A DNA stretch of 64,000 bases, from positions 34,720,001 through 34,784,000 of the forward strand of contig NC_042997.1 of assembly GCF_006345805.1 (NCBI RefSeq), written 5' to 3'. Origin of the DNA: Octopus sinensis. Taxonomy: Eukaryota. Below the pieces are notes generated by a model that was not told the DNA's origin, did not search any database, and was given only the letters and a program-made list of their open reading frames with translations. This document shows, piece by piece, positions 1 to 13,399 of this stretch. The translations under genes were made by a program, and so were the position numbers. Position 1 is the first letter of the stretch, and the number at the start of each line of letters is the position of its first letter.

Positions 1-1149
1 TCTGTGACAGTTTCATTTTTTACCAAAGTCTGTTTTAACTTTGATGTATATAGAATATCTCTTTTCGGTTTGATTGTTCTGTTGATATTTAGTTTAATGT
101 TGATATGTTTCAATTAGATATGCGTTGACATTTGCTCTATTTGTTTGTTTTTTTCCCTCTACGAACGGAATAAATTCGAAAGAAAGAAATACATCATTCA
201 AAAAATAAGAAACTGACTTAAATCATGCCAAAGTATTTGCTAAGTAATGCAGGAATAAAAAAAGTAGTTGTATATGCGAATGAATTTGCTTTTGTTTGAT
301 GTACCTATATCTGTGCAGATCATTATACATATATCAGAAACAATGGATTGGTTAGAGTTGAATGTGCTGAGTCATCTGATCTAATTTCCGGCTATATTGC
401 TAAATATATACTGCGGTTTCATGTTCGTACACTCTTTGTTAACAAACATACAGTAACACCGGTATATGTTAAAATATATATAAACTTACACATACAACCA
501 TACGGAGATAGCAACACCAATAATAAAATTAAAAAGTGCCAAAACTTTTCACTATACGTAGTAGTTACTTTTTAAAAACGTCAATCAATGTTGATGTATG
601 CTGCAGTAAAGCATATATCTGTAAATTCTTAACTAACGTTGTATGAAGAGACAGATTTTTAAAAAAATCATGTCTTTATTATGTACAATATTTTAGTGAG
701 CATATACAAAAGATGAGAACAAGATACTGAATGTTGGTGAAATATGTATTTTCAGTACATATTCTATCTTTAATTATTTGTTACTTTTTTCAGTCATTGA
801 ACTGCAGCCAAGTTCGGGTGTCCCCTTGAAAGGGTCAGACGAACAAATCTGCTGTAGTATTACTTTAACGTCTGGCATTTGTTATATCAGTTTCATAAAA
901 CTAACTGTATTATTCTTTCGTCGAAATAAACTTTTAATGAAAAATTGTAGCAACATGGGGTAACCCATTGTTTTGATTTCTTTCTCATGTATTTGTGTGT
1001 ATGTGTGTGCGCGAGCGCGTGTGTATTTGTATATATGTGTTCATACTTGAGTGTTAGAGAATAATTAATTTGTACTCCACAAAATGTCGTTATAGTCCTT
1101 CAGTTTTTATTGTAACTTACTATAAGATCTAATATATATGTTTGTGTTT

Positions 1150-1201
<52 letters not shown>

Positions 1202-1546
1202 ATATATATTATATTATATATATATATGCATGTATATATACACAATATATATACATACACGCATACATATACATACACATATATATATACATACCTATAT
1301 AGAAAATGAGGAGTTTATTTTATGAGGAGTGATCTAAAGGAATAGGTACACTTGGGACAACACAGAAACAGTTGTAAGACATCCATTAATTAATTAACTA
1401 ATTAATCTTATTACTTCAAATTCCCCTAACTCTAAATATTTAAAATCACTTGAGATACTCGTCCTGCCTTGTGTTTGTTGTCTTTTTTCCTCTAATACAT
1501 ACATACATACATACATACATACATAATACATATGTACATATATATG

Positions 1547-1656
<110 letters not shown>

Positions 1657-2272
1657 ATATATATATATATTGTATGTAGGTATATATATGTATATATAGC
1701 GAGTTTCTTAACTACACAATCATGTCTACTTCTATCTTCCTAAATTTACACTAACATTGAAAAAAAATCAGCCAAGATGAATGTGACGAAAATTCCACCG
1801 GTTCCGAATTGACCTGGAGCCCAAACAATAACGACAAGTGCATCAAGAAAAACAAGAAAAATAACAACTTAACTGTAAGTACAATTTCTAAAGTGTTTTA
1901 ACCTGCACGCCAACGTGAATAATTTCTCTAATCTTACCAAACGAAATGCACTGGTAAAGGTTAGAGAAAAGAAAACAATGTGAAACGAAGATGATAGGAC
2001 AATGTTAAAAATAAGTTTCGGCAAAAATCTAATAATTTTTTACTAGTTTCAGCCATTGGATTGCGGTGATAAGAAATTAAAATCTTGAAGACCTTTATTG
2101 CAATGTCACACAAACACACACCTAACTGCCAGCTTACCTACCTACCAACATTCATTCGTTCGTTCGATCCTTCCTTCCTTCTTTCCTTCCTTCCTTCCGT
2201 GTTTCCTTCCTACATACATACATACATACACGCATGTATATATGTATATGAGTATACATGTATATATTGGTG

Positions 2273-2303
<31 letters not shown>

Positions 2304-3502
2304 ATGTGTGTGTGTGTGTCTGTGTGTGTGTGTATGTGTGTGTGTGTGATAGGCTTCTTCAGTAATTTTCGTCTGTGAATTGTTGCTCACTTGGACATTG
2401 CGAGGGTTTGCTTAAAATAATTCCTTCGAGATGGTGCGCTGTAGATAGAATCTATATCCACAGGTTTGTGTTGGAAACGTTACTACCATTCACCTTCTCG
2501 ATTTATTGCTAAGACAAAACTCAATAAGTTACATGAAAAATATATTCACTTTTGAGGAAATCGCTGAAGAACAGCAACAAACATGAAGTAAAACCAAGCG
2601 CGACCGAATTCCCGATGGCCTAGTGCTTGATTCACTTGTGACACAATCTCATGAGTTGTTACAGTTGCGCATTTCAGAACTATTGACAATCTTGCGGTTC
2701 TCGGTTAAATATTTCTACACTGTTCCTTGGGCAGGTGTCTTGTCATATAGCCTCAGTTTGATAGCTGATATCTGTACCTATGCACACATACACAGCTTGA
2801 ATGAAAATCGAATCAACGTAGAAGTTTCTCACGTTCTTGTTTCTACTATACTAAATAAGAACATACAACGTGATGTTATGTTCAGATATGCTCGGTAACG
2901 ACGACTTAACAGTGTTTGGTTGGATTCAAATACGGAGACTATATGGATACTAGAACTACTAAAAATTGCTACTAACATTCAATGGAATCACATCATATCT
3001 TCTTAGATACCAAGATCGGAAGTTACTTTTATCAGAAATTACTTGGAGCTAAACAACAATAACAAGTCTGAGGTCAATTAAGTAAATTATAACAAGATGC
3101 TAAGTCTGATTATATTGTCAGATATCATTGCTCGGAGTGAAGAGATATTAGAAGTTATATGATATCATACTTACAACGGTGTGAGTACCGCAGGGCAACA
3201 TGAAACATCTCGGTAAGTGAAGAGCATGCAACGTTATCAGCACTATGGATGAAAGCCAGCTCACAAAACGTCTAATTCCTCAAGGGAAGATATGGACAGA
3301 ATAGATGGTCAGAATGTACAGTTAATCTATCCTATAGTGCTTTGTAGTTGCGGTTATTATTTGTTTTTAAACTTGCTGGTGTGTACGAATATTTAACATT
3401 ATAACCACACATATGCTTGTGTATACATGCCAGTACATGCACGCACATTCATCAATATACTTAAAAGAACTGTGCGTATATATGTATATGTATGTATGTA
3501 TG

Positions 3503-3551
<49 letters not shown>

Positions 3552-3566
3552 TATAATATCATACAT

Positions 3567-3616
<50 letters not shown>

Positions 3617-3644
3617 ATGTGTGATTATTATACAGATTTGTTTA

Positions 3645-3840
3645 TTAACCACGCAGGGCGAAGCACAGAGGGGACAATGCAATGTATATTGTATAAATGT
3701 TACGTAATATATATCGTATATAGATAGAGAAAGCTGGTACAGATCTCAAAATCATGAAAGGCAAAGTCGACCTCGGCTGAATTTGAACTCAGAACGTACG
3801 AAACGGACGAAATATCGCTAAGCATTTTGTCCGCTTGCAT
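3645..3840 (-). mobile_element. tRNA-derived SINE, family A, decayed
   Basis: Shares gaaaggcaaagtcgacctcgg..gaatttgaactcagaacgta and the acagaggggaca tail with the 5491-5721 copy. Confidence 0.8.
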
Positions 3841-4862
3841 CTGAAATCCTCTTTCAAAATAACTTTATAAACTTGGGTATCTACAAATTTGAGTGAGTAT
3901 CAAATTAGTTTTTCTCTGATTTTACAGATATGCAAACACCGCTTTTATAGCAAGAACACTATGTACTGGGTGAGTATTTAATTTCTGAATTTCTTCTACC
4001 TTTTCGAACCTGCAAACATTTCACTTACATACGCCGGAGAAACTGAAGCGCGTCCACAAATCAACACTTGCAACACTTTTCATAATTTATAACAAACACA
4101 GAAGATAAGCGGCTGGCATCTTTACAGACTACAACATTACGAAAACTATAGCATAACAAAACTTCATTTAATATAAGATTAACAGTGTATACATACAATT
4201 ATATCGATAATTGAAATAGAACAAACTAAATGTGTTCTGTTCAAAATCTGCCATCACTCTCATTAACCATAACCAGGGTAGTCACATATTTTGACCTTTG
4301 CTGGTCAAATGGATGCTACCATTCATTGTTTGTTCCCTGTCAATATATTTATTTATAAACTAATGATATCTAACTTTATGCCCGCCAAACTGTATCTTTT
4401 GCCCCACTATCCTCTCGACTCTCATGCACTTATGATTACCTCCAGAAGAATGGTAGCTAGTAACATTTAATAATACTACACAGTGGTAGGAGCAAAGCTA
4501 GCAAGCCAGTTCTCAGAATAAATACATCCGAAAAAGCTCATAGAAAAAAAAAACACGTTTTATCAATTCAAAATGAACAATTAAATTACACCAACTAGAA
4601 AATTACATATAATAGAAATATTATAATTAAAATAACAATAAAATACCGATGATTAAGTAAATTGCAAATAAAATAATAATAAAAACGTATATGTTCTGCC
4701 AGTGAATGACTTTTCGATCTCAAAATGGCTCTCCCCTGAGGGACGAACTCGCAGATTTACCGTAGAATAAGCTGTTTCCTGTACTGTTTCAATTTTCGTT
4801 TTCTTTTTTTCACAAAACAATTCTCGTGTCAAATTAATATAGTTATTATTATTATTGAATCC

Positions 4863-4936
<74 letters not shown>

Positions 4937-5107
4937 TACATACATACATACATGCATACATACATACATACATACATACATACATACATACATACATACA
5001 TACATACATACATACATACATGCATACATAAATATATATATACATACATATATATGTATGTATGTATATAAGAAATACAATTGAATAGACAGGTTGAAGT
5101 TACTTAC

Positions 5108-5298
5108 CATCGATTCTTTAGAACCCAAAGGTACTTCGAGTTTAATAAATAAGATTTTGGCGACAACACCGAAGCATATTTTTTTAAGGATCATAGGCAC
5201 CTCGTAGCCTCGCGTTCCTTTGTGGTGGATGTTCAGTGTTAGTACTGTCATTCCAGTCGCGAAGGACACAATTGCAATAGTGATGCCATAATACAAGC
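5108..5298 (-). CDS. Internal exon of a nicotinic acetylcholine receptor-like (Cys-loop) subunit gene: TM3 plus start of the M3-M4 loop
   Basis: Translates as (G)LYYGITIAIVSFATGMTVLTLNIHHKGTRGYEVPMILKKICFGVVAKILFIKLEVPLGSKESM, matching the nAChR TM3 pattern (YY..T..V......VL.LNIH..G; alpha9/alpha10-like). Acceptor ttcttgtttcag| (phase 1) and donor ATG|gtaagt (phase 0); 191 nt. Subunit identity cannot be fixed without the other exons. Confidence 0.9.
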
Positions 5299-5490
5299 CT
5301 GAAACAAGAAGAGCGCAATATATAATTGTAATATATAATAGTTAAAAAGTGCAAAAGTATCGAGTTCTATATACGTTTGTTTGTACGTGTCATGTATATA
5401 TGTATGTATACATGCATGCATGTATGTATATGTGTGTTTGTGTGTATGAAAGAGAGAGTAGGAAGAGAGAAATTAAGTTAATAATATATA

Positions 5491-5721
5491 TTTCTTTAGT
5501 ACCCACAAGGGGCTAAACACAGAGGGGACAAACAAAGACAGACAAACGGATTAAGTCGGTTACATCGACCCCAGTGCGTAACTGATACTTAATTTATCGA
5601 TCCCGAAAGGATGAAAGGCAAAGTCGACCTCGGCGGAATTTGAACTCAGAACGTAGCGACAGACAAAATACCGCTAAGCAGTTCGCCCGGCGTGCTAACG
5701 ATTCTGCCAGTTCGCTGCCTT
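5491..5721 (-). mobile_element. tRNA-derived SINE, family A
   Basis: Reverse complement starts aaggcagcgaactggcagaatcgttagc (A-box-like), contains gagttcaaattcc (B-box-like) and the central gcctttcatcctttcgggatcgataaattaagt domain. About ten related copies occur in the window. Confidence 0.9.
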
Positions 5722-8661
5722 GTTTAGCTATTTCTTATGCTTTTTATTAATTTATTCTACAAAACTTTTGGCCCATGAATACTAAAGCAATTGTGATCCC
5801 GTTTCGTTTCTCGTCAGAAATCCAAATCATCATTAGTTTAACCGCCAATGGAAAAATATCTTCAGCATAACTGTGATATAAACATATTAATAAAAATGAG
5901 ATTATCTAAATTTTCTGCGAAACTCCCAAACTCATTCATTTGAGCTACGCTTCATTGCATAATCAAAGTTTTTTCTTAACGCACTCTAACACTCCTTGCA
6001 CAGAATACCTCTCAGGTGTCCACCCATCCATGAAATCTATCCAGAGATACAGACATTTTTGCATATTGTTTTTATTTTAGATTGCATATTCGTATCTTTA
6101 CTCACATCTAAATTGTTTGTGCTGCAATGTGTCAGGTTTTATTTCAAGAACTCTCTTTCTTATAAATGACTTAAAATGCAAAATAATCGAAAAATAAGAT
6201 AAGAGAAAGTAACTTTAAATGTGTATGTTTGAATAATAATATAATATACTTATATTTGGTCATCTGTGTACATTTGAGGAAAACAGGTATCTTTCTATCT
6301 CCCTCCTTCTCTTTCTATGTGCATAAAGACATAGAGTAGAATCTACGCAATGTTGAATGAAAGAGAAAGCTAGACAATGATAAATTTTACAAATTCTCCA
6401 CAGACTTAGCTAATTCTGAAATATATCAATACAAACAAGTTGAAATGGTTTTCACACAAAGTGAGTGAAATATATTTCTTCTAGTTGTAGTAAGATTATG
6501 TTTGTAGCTGTACCAATACGATTTTCATCCAAGCAATTCACTAAACTATAAGAAAATCTTAGAACGTGATTTTATCGAGTCATCTAATGGAAATAAATTG
6601 TTGTGTGGATATGAAAGCAATACGAAGAAAAGATATGCCAGAAAACAAAAGGCTACCTATGTAACATTTCTTTATTCCTTATACAGATTAACCTTCAATT
6701 TTCGCTTAGTATAACTTTCGAGGTGACGAGATGAATAGTTTATTCGGGTCAGATTTTAACACAGAATATAAGGGGTTTGCTAAATACAATATTTATTTCT
6801 AACTTACGCAGAAAATCACTCATAGTGTGGATGAAAGCAGTTTGATTGTATCAATTTTCAGTACTTGGCCACTACCTCTTTTTTTATCGATTTCGTCGAC
6901 ATCAACAGAGATGGGTTTCAGTTGAGCAGTAAAGGGACCAAATGTGATACTATCAGAGTTCTCATTCGACGCTCTAACGGGTCTATCGAATAACTGTGTT
7001 TTAATAATTAATTACTTTCATTTAATAAAATACCAGACATGAAAGAAAAATAGCATACTGCATTCATTAGTGATATCTGCCTTATAATAAATCGGGCGAA
7101 AAGCAAAACTTTGCCTATGATATATCAAGACCTTTCTATCATTTCTCTAACTAGAATCTCCTAGAATCGCTTCTCGATTTGAGAATCCAGATACTGGTCA
7201 GTAGCTCAAAATTTCTTTATTGCTAGTTAATTGGGTATCAATCCTATAATCTCACATTTTATCAGTTTCGTTTGGTTTCGAGAACCCGTGTCATTTAATT
7301 GACTTCTTAGAAAAGGGATACGAGATTCGAAGAGAGAGTAAGCACTAAACTAATATTGAATACTGCAATTCCACCATGCACATCATCCATTTCTGCCGAA
7401 TTGCTACCATTATATCGAAACGTGTAGGAAAATTAAGAATGAATATTACCATACATTATTTCTGTCCGCTTTTAAAGTTTTCATATTTTGTCAAAAAGTA
7501 GAAGTACTTTCTAAATATTACGGAATTTATAATGATAAAAAATGCATACCATTACTTGATCAAGTTTAGGTGTGTTTATTTTCTTTCAGCTAATTAGCGA
7601 ACATGATCACTCTAGCTGCGGTAACATTTCTATAAGAATGCGATTTGTAGTATAAACTGCAATACTGCACACATGTTTTCTCATCTGCCAAATGTTGACA
7701 TCTGGCTTCGAAATTTAGGTAACCACAAAGTAGAAAATCTAGAAGGTAATTTTTGTTTTTCAAATTAAGAGTTGTTGTGATATGATTGTCTTGAATATTG
7801 AGTATCGTTCATTATTCTATTGGAAACCGTCTCTTTGTCCAGTCTTATTATTTAATGAGTATTTGGCTACTGGTATTGATATTAACGATTACACCTATAC
7901 GTGCATGCCTTGTTCATATGACCAGTGGTCAACTATAAATGTTCACTCATTCTTTCTAAAAATTACAGCACGGCGTTCCCATTCATTCAACCGACACTAA
8001 CAGACAACAATCCAATAGCTTTTAAAGGCTTAGGTCAATGAACCTAACTGAAAGGTACTATTTATTATTACCTTTAGAGAAAGATATTATTTATTATTAT
8101 CTTTATGGAAAGATATTTATTATTACGTTTACTATCGTAACCCTATTAGTGTCTATAAAACTGTTAGTGTAGTGTACCTAAATGTTATTTTAGCTTTTGC
8201 TTCGCTCCACCCCCACTAGTGCAAAAATATTATTTCCCATCAAGCATTTTATAAAATGCCTTTTGGTCAGTAGCTCAAAATCAGTGGATGGCTAACAGTG
8301 CGATGCACAACCAATATGTTTCATTGGTTCTTATCCAAACGTAACGCGTATAAATACAAGTAAGCAGGTTTAGGGAATGATCTATTTCAGTGCGCTAAGA
8401 TTGAAATGACTAGTGGTTCGTTGGTTTGCAACTGATATTAAATACCAATTCACACTGGTGGAAGAGCTATAACGGGTTAACATGTATTCTATGCAGATAT
8501 GTATGACTTTTAATCTGACATCCACTCAATAGGCCAAAGAAACAAGTTGACTGAGAAAGGAATTCTAATAAAGAAGCTGAGGGCGCAAACGGGATTCTTA
8601 CGTTTTAACACTATAGAGGAAAATTTATATTGCATGTGAGAGGAGGTGACAATTTAATAGT

Positions 8662-9047
8662 GGATGGAAGCACTCCGTCGGTTACGACGATGAGGGTTCC
8701 GGTTGATCCGAATCAACGGAACAGCCTGCTCGTGAAATTAACGTGTAAGTGGCTGAGCACTCCACAGACACGTGTACCCTTAACGTAGTTCTCGGGGATA
8801 TTCAGCGTGACACAGAGAGTGACAAGGCCGGCTCTTTGAAATACAGGTACAACAGAAACAGGAAGTAAGAGTGAGAGAAAGTTGTGATGAAAGAGTACAG
8901 CAGGGATCACCACCATCCCCTGCCAGAGCCTCGTGGAGCTTTAGGTGTTTTCGCTCAATGAACACTCACAACGCCCGGTCTGGGAATCGAAACCGCGATC
9001 CTATGACCGCGAGTCCGCTGCCCTAACCACTGGGCCACTGCGCCTCC
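8662..9047 (-). mobile_element. tRNA-derived SINE, family C (tail type 1), with TSD
   Basis: Head gtggaggcgcagtggcccagtggttagg...ggtttcgattccc (A and B boxes). 13-bp TSD acaatttaatagt at 8649-8661 and 9048-9060. Confidence 0.9.
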
Positions 9048-9460
9048 ACAATTTAATAGTAGTGTATATGGAAAAAAATACAGCATTTCAAAATGATAAA
9101 AATGTACTTACCGCGTCAGAATAGCATTGGGTTATCATTGATTACCTGATAAAGCATGATAACGTTGCAGTCGACAAAGAATATTCAGACTAAAGTCGTT
9201 CAAGAGAACCAGAAGAGTCAACACAATAATACAACACAAATCACCAATACTGATGTTTTGTGAAAATCTTCAGCTATAAAATACAAACATCTTATCACAT
9301 TTTTCGTATATTTAATCTCATTAGAAGGATTTAATTTCTTTTTGTTATCGGAAAATTTTTTTCTATATAGAATGTTTGTTACTTATCGAATACTTGTAAA
9401 ATTATCATTCTCACGAGAACCTTACCAGAGAAATAAGATTATTTTTCGCTGTATTTTCGT

Positions 9461-9498
<38 letters not shown>

Positions 9499-9765
9499 TA
9501 CACATGTAGAGACAGAGAGACAGAGACAGAAAGAAAGATGCACATAAACCTGCAAACATGTTTATACACAGACACAAATGTATATATACATATATACACA
9601 TAAGGACTGAATAAAATTACATTTACAGAATACATTATCTATTATTTATACATATATTATACATTTCGGTATACTGTAGTTTCCATCTGTTTATGAGGCC
9701 GGTGATAACTGTCGGGTATACCCTGAAAGGGTTGTTATTTTAGTAGTTATTATATTTGGAATACT

Positions 9766-9829
<64 letters not shown>

Positions 9830-10639
9830 GTAGTGCTAGCTGTAATAAGGTAAAAATGATATTAATAAACATAAGAATAAAAATAATATTAATATATTGA
9901 TATTCATTTCTGTCATGGGAATAAGATATCGAATTTAAATGGGGAAGAAACTTGTGTTATATTAATTCTATTACTCGCCGGGTTGTTTCATAATACCTGA
10001 AAAGTTGATATTTGAATGTTAAAAGACATAAAAATACATTGAAATTCTCTGTGAGGTTTTGGTGAATGGTAATAATGTCACAGCCAAATATATATCAAGT
10101 CTGGACAAGATCAAAAGTCAAAGTGAATAATTCACATTTATTTTGAATACTATCAATAAGAGATAATATAATTAAACACATATTTCAAGTAGTTTCTGAA
10201 CTGATAAAAATTACTTGTAAACAATATTAATACAATTTGTATAATGCCACTAAAAAAGTACCTGTTCCATTAATACCTGAAAAAAAGCAAAAAAGTAAAA
10301 GAGTTGAGAAAAGAAAAAAAAAAGGTCATTCAATGATGAATTCCCTGTAACGTTTTTCTTATCGATTTAGAATTCTGCCTGACACTCTTTCAATTCGGTC
10401 GCACTGCAGCTGTCCTGGCTCTTCTGAAATATATTATTTATTCCTTTTGGTCAACTATAGTTGTAGAATGTGTGTCTGACGTCGATGAAACCCTCAGTAG
10501 TACTTTATAAATACATACACTTTTATATATCTAATATGGACCTTCGATTCTATATTTGATAAGATATATCCATATGGATGCATGAATGTAATTAGCTGTG
10601 TATGTATGTTTGAATGGATGTATCTATGTATGTACGTAC

Positions 10640-10730
<91 letters not shown>
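10640..10730. repeat. (TATC)n microsatellite
   Basis: Seen directly. Confidence 0.95.
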
Positions 10731-10731
<1 letters not shown>

Positions 10732-11199
10732 ATTACATACTTATGAAACACAATGCATAATACGTATAGGCCTCTGTGTGTGTGTGTGTGTGTACACATT
10801 CATATATGCATCAACTCTGGACAGCAATTTATCACTCTTAATGAAGCATCATATTCGCTGGTTTTGCTTTTGTTGTTTATTATCACGTCATTCACGTCAA
10901 CTCTGATTAGAGACATGTACAATCAAAAGCAGCCGACTCGTAATCATTGTGTCGTATAATTTTAAAGACATAGCGTATTGAGGTCAGCATAATCAAGATA
11001 GCATTATGTGATTTGAGGACAAGTTTGCCACTATTTATAGAAAGCAAGCGACCATATAGTGATATGGTTTTCGTCTGACCGAGACGAATATCATAAATTA
11101 GGAAGTCAATTTAAGTTGACACTCTATTGAAACGACTCAATAATTCTAATCGGTCAAGCAGCAGAGACAATCTAAGTAAAAGCTACCTACGCTTAAAAT

Positions 11200-12060
11200 T
11201 ATGGAATTTTTACCAGTTTGGAGCGCTCGCTTTTCAACGTTAGGTGGAAGAGTGCGTTCCTCTGGTCAGGCGATCCACCAGCTGCCACCCTTCGACTTGG
11301 TGCTTTTGACTTGTTCAGGATCCTGAAGCACAGACACACTCTATGCCTCCGCTTCCTATAAAGGTTCTGGAATGTTGGGATGGTGTGCTCGTCATTTCTG
11401 AGGTACACTGTTTCCACAGTTTTGTCTCCCAGACAACTGCAGTCCTGGGTGAAGCAAAGACCAACATAAGTCACCTGGGACGTAGAGTTTCGTCAGATAC
11501 TCGTCGCCATCTGTAAGGCGCGTAATGGCGTCGGTGGGAATTACACAGTAGCAATTTGAGAAAAGTTACTGGCAAAGAAGTGCGCCGACGCTTTTGAGAC
11601 TCTAATAGATAACTTCTGAGAAGTCTCTGACGTGGCAGTGCTACCGCGGTGTGCTATCCCTTCCAGATTTACAGGCACGAACGTACATTCAGACGTGTCT
11701 GCCTGAGATTCGCACAGATCGATGGAAACATTCTGCACGCACTCATTCAATCGCAGGAATTGCTCACTTGCAGACTTATTTCGAACACTTGTTAACATGT
11801 ATGGGATAAAAAGAACGAGCTCTTAGCGAGTTTTTCAACTTTCCTTTGAAAAGAAAGGAGAGCTTCGAGCGTGAGGAACTGTTCAGCGCTGAGATATTGA
11901 AAGTTGGGTGAGAATGGCAAAAATGCACAGAGTTGATGCAGCCACATTTCACTTACATTTGGAAGCCAGAGAATAACGGCGGGACAGGTCGCTTGCCCTT
12001 AATACTCAGAATGATATTGGATATATGGAGGTCCTGGATTGACCCTACAAGAAGGCCCTC
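11200..12060 (-). mobile_element. Probable highly decayed non-LTR retroelement (post-RT region)
   Basis: GC-richer block. Minus-strand TSQVTYVGLCFTQD resembles the YLGV motif after the RT core, and IPTFQNLYRKRRHRVCLCFRILNK resembles LINE C-terminal LPTL..RR....L..IL. Weak similarity only. Confidence 0.35.
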
Positions 12061-12244
12061 CTATATCAGAAATGATTTATCGCATTCATATTTTTGTAAT
12101 ATTTAAATTCGTATTTCAGACTTTTTCTCATTTATTTTGTTTGTAATTCCCTGCATTTAATGTACATCTTTGTGTTTGTGCCTGATCCGTTGCCCCGGTG
12201 GCAATTAAAAAAAATCTTCGTCCTCCTCTTCTTCTTCTCCTTCT

Positions 12245-12420
12245 TCTTGATTGATTGAGAGAACAGCACACGCCATCAAAGTGACTCTAATGATAAGGGT
12301 ACACCAAGTACATGCATCACAGCATATGCGCACGACATGGTGACTTCGTATCAAAATAAACTGCGCGTAATCTTGCAGGTAGGGCCCAGTTGAACACTGG
12401 AATCGATTTAATCAACTTAC
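12245..12420 (-). mobile_element. Partial copy of dispersed repeat 'family T' (see 24452-24762)
   Basis: gagagaacagcacacgccatcaaagtgac...gataagggtacacca...gcacgacatggtga...cttgcaggtagggcccagtt matches the copies at 23215 and 24452. Confidence 0.75.
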
Positions 12421-13049
12421 CCTTCCACGGAAAGTACTGGTCTTGTACCAAACTTGAAACGATTGCTACTACTACATCTAAATTATTATCATAGCGCTGT
12501 ATTGGCAGGAGTGGCGAAACCTCCATAAGTAATACATTTTAGCATTCATTTACTGTTCGTTTATGCTCTGTTGTAATGGGCTTGTTAGAAATCACTTAAA
12601 TTCTATATTACGTTTTATTCATTATGACTCGTTGGAGAGCTTAAATGAAATTTTGAATAAAAAAAAACAGATGTGACCAAATTTAACTGAGCATGTGTTT
12701 TATGCAGCAATTAACAATTGTAGTTTTAGATATGTGAATGAATTCAATGCAAATGCTACAAATAGCGCTGAAGTTAATGCCATGTTTATGTACAGATAAA
12801 GAACAAGACCCCAAGAAATAAAACGATGACTAGTTTCCGAAAGTGGATTCAATGATATTTGAAGGTCATAATTAGTGGATGCAATTCCCAACACACACAA
12901 ATACACTCACACACAAATACACAACCACACAAATACATACATACATAGACACACACATACATGTATACATACATACATACATAGATACATATAAAAGTCA
13001 ATCTAACTATCTCCCCATCTCATCTAACTTATCGGTCTTATATTATCGA

Positions 13050-13342
<293 letters not shown>

Positions 13343-13399
13343 GTTCATATACGACAGTACGACTGATTTCTTGGTTAGACTTTGTCGCTAGATCGTTAC

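Noticed and set aside
1770-1880. Hydrophobic minus-strand stretches as a possible TM4 exon
   Set aside because: No W..A.V.DR motif, and the phase does not match the phase-0 donor.
3165-3230. Minus-strand YRDVSCCP resembling the loop C vicinal cysteines
   Set aside because: It lies downstream of TM3 (wrong order), has no supporting context, and no clear acceptor.
5785-5820. Minus-strand CTGACGA..GAAA hammerhead-like string
   Set aside because: Stems I and III cannot pair; likely chance.
9112-9273. 162-nt minus-strand exon-like segment with ttttatag| acceptor and |gtaagt donor, hydrophobic in one frame
   Set aside because: All three frames contain stops and there is no nAChR similarity. At most a non-coding or poison exon.
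12700-12906. Hydrophobic minus-strand ORF (LYINMALTSALFVAFAL) as a possible TM1
   Set aside because: It lacks the conserved RR.L.Y...L..PC motif and the TM2 continuation.
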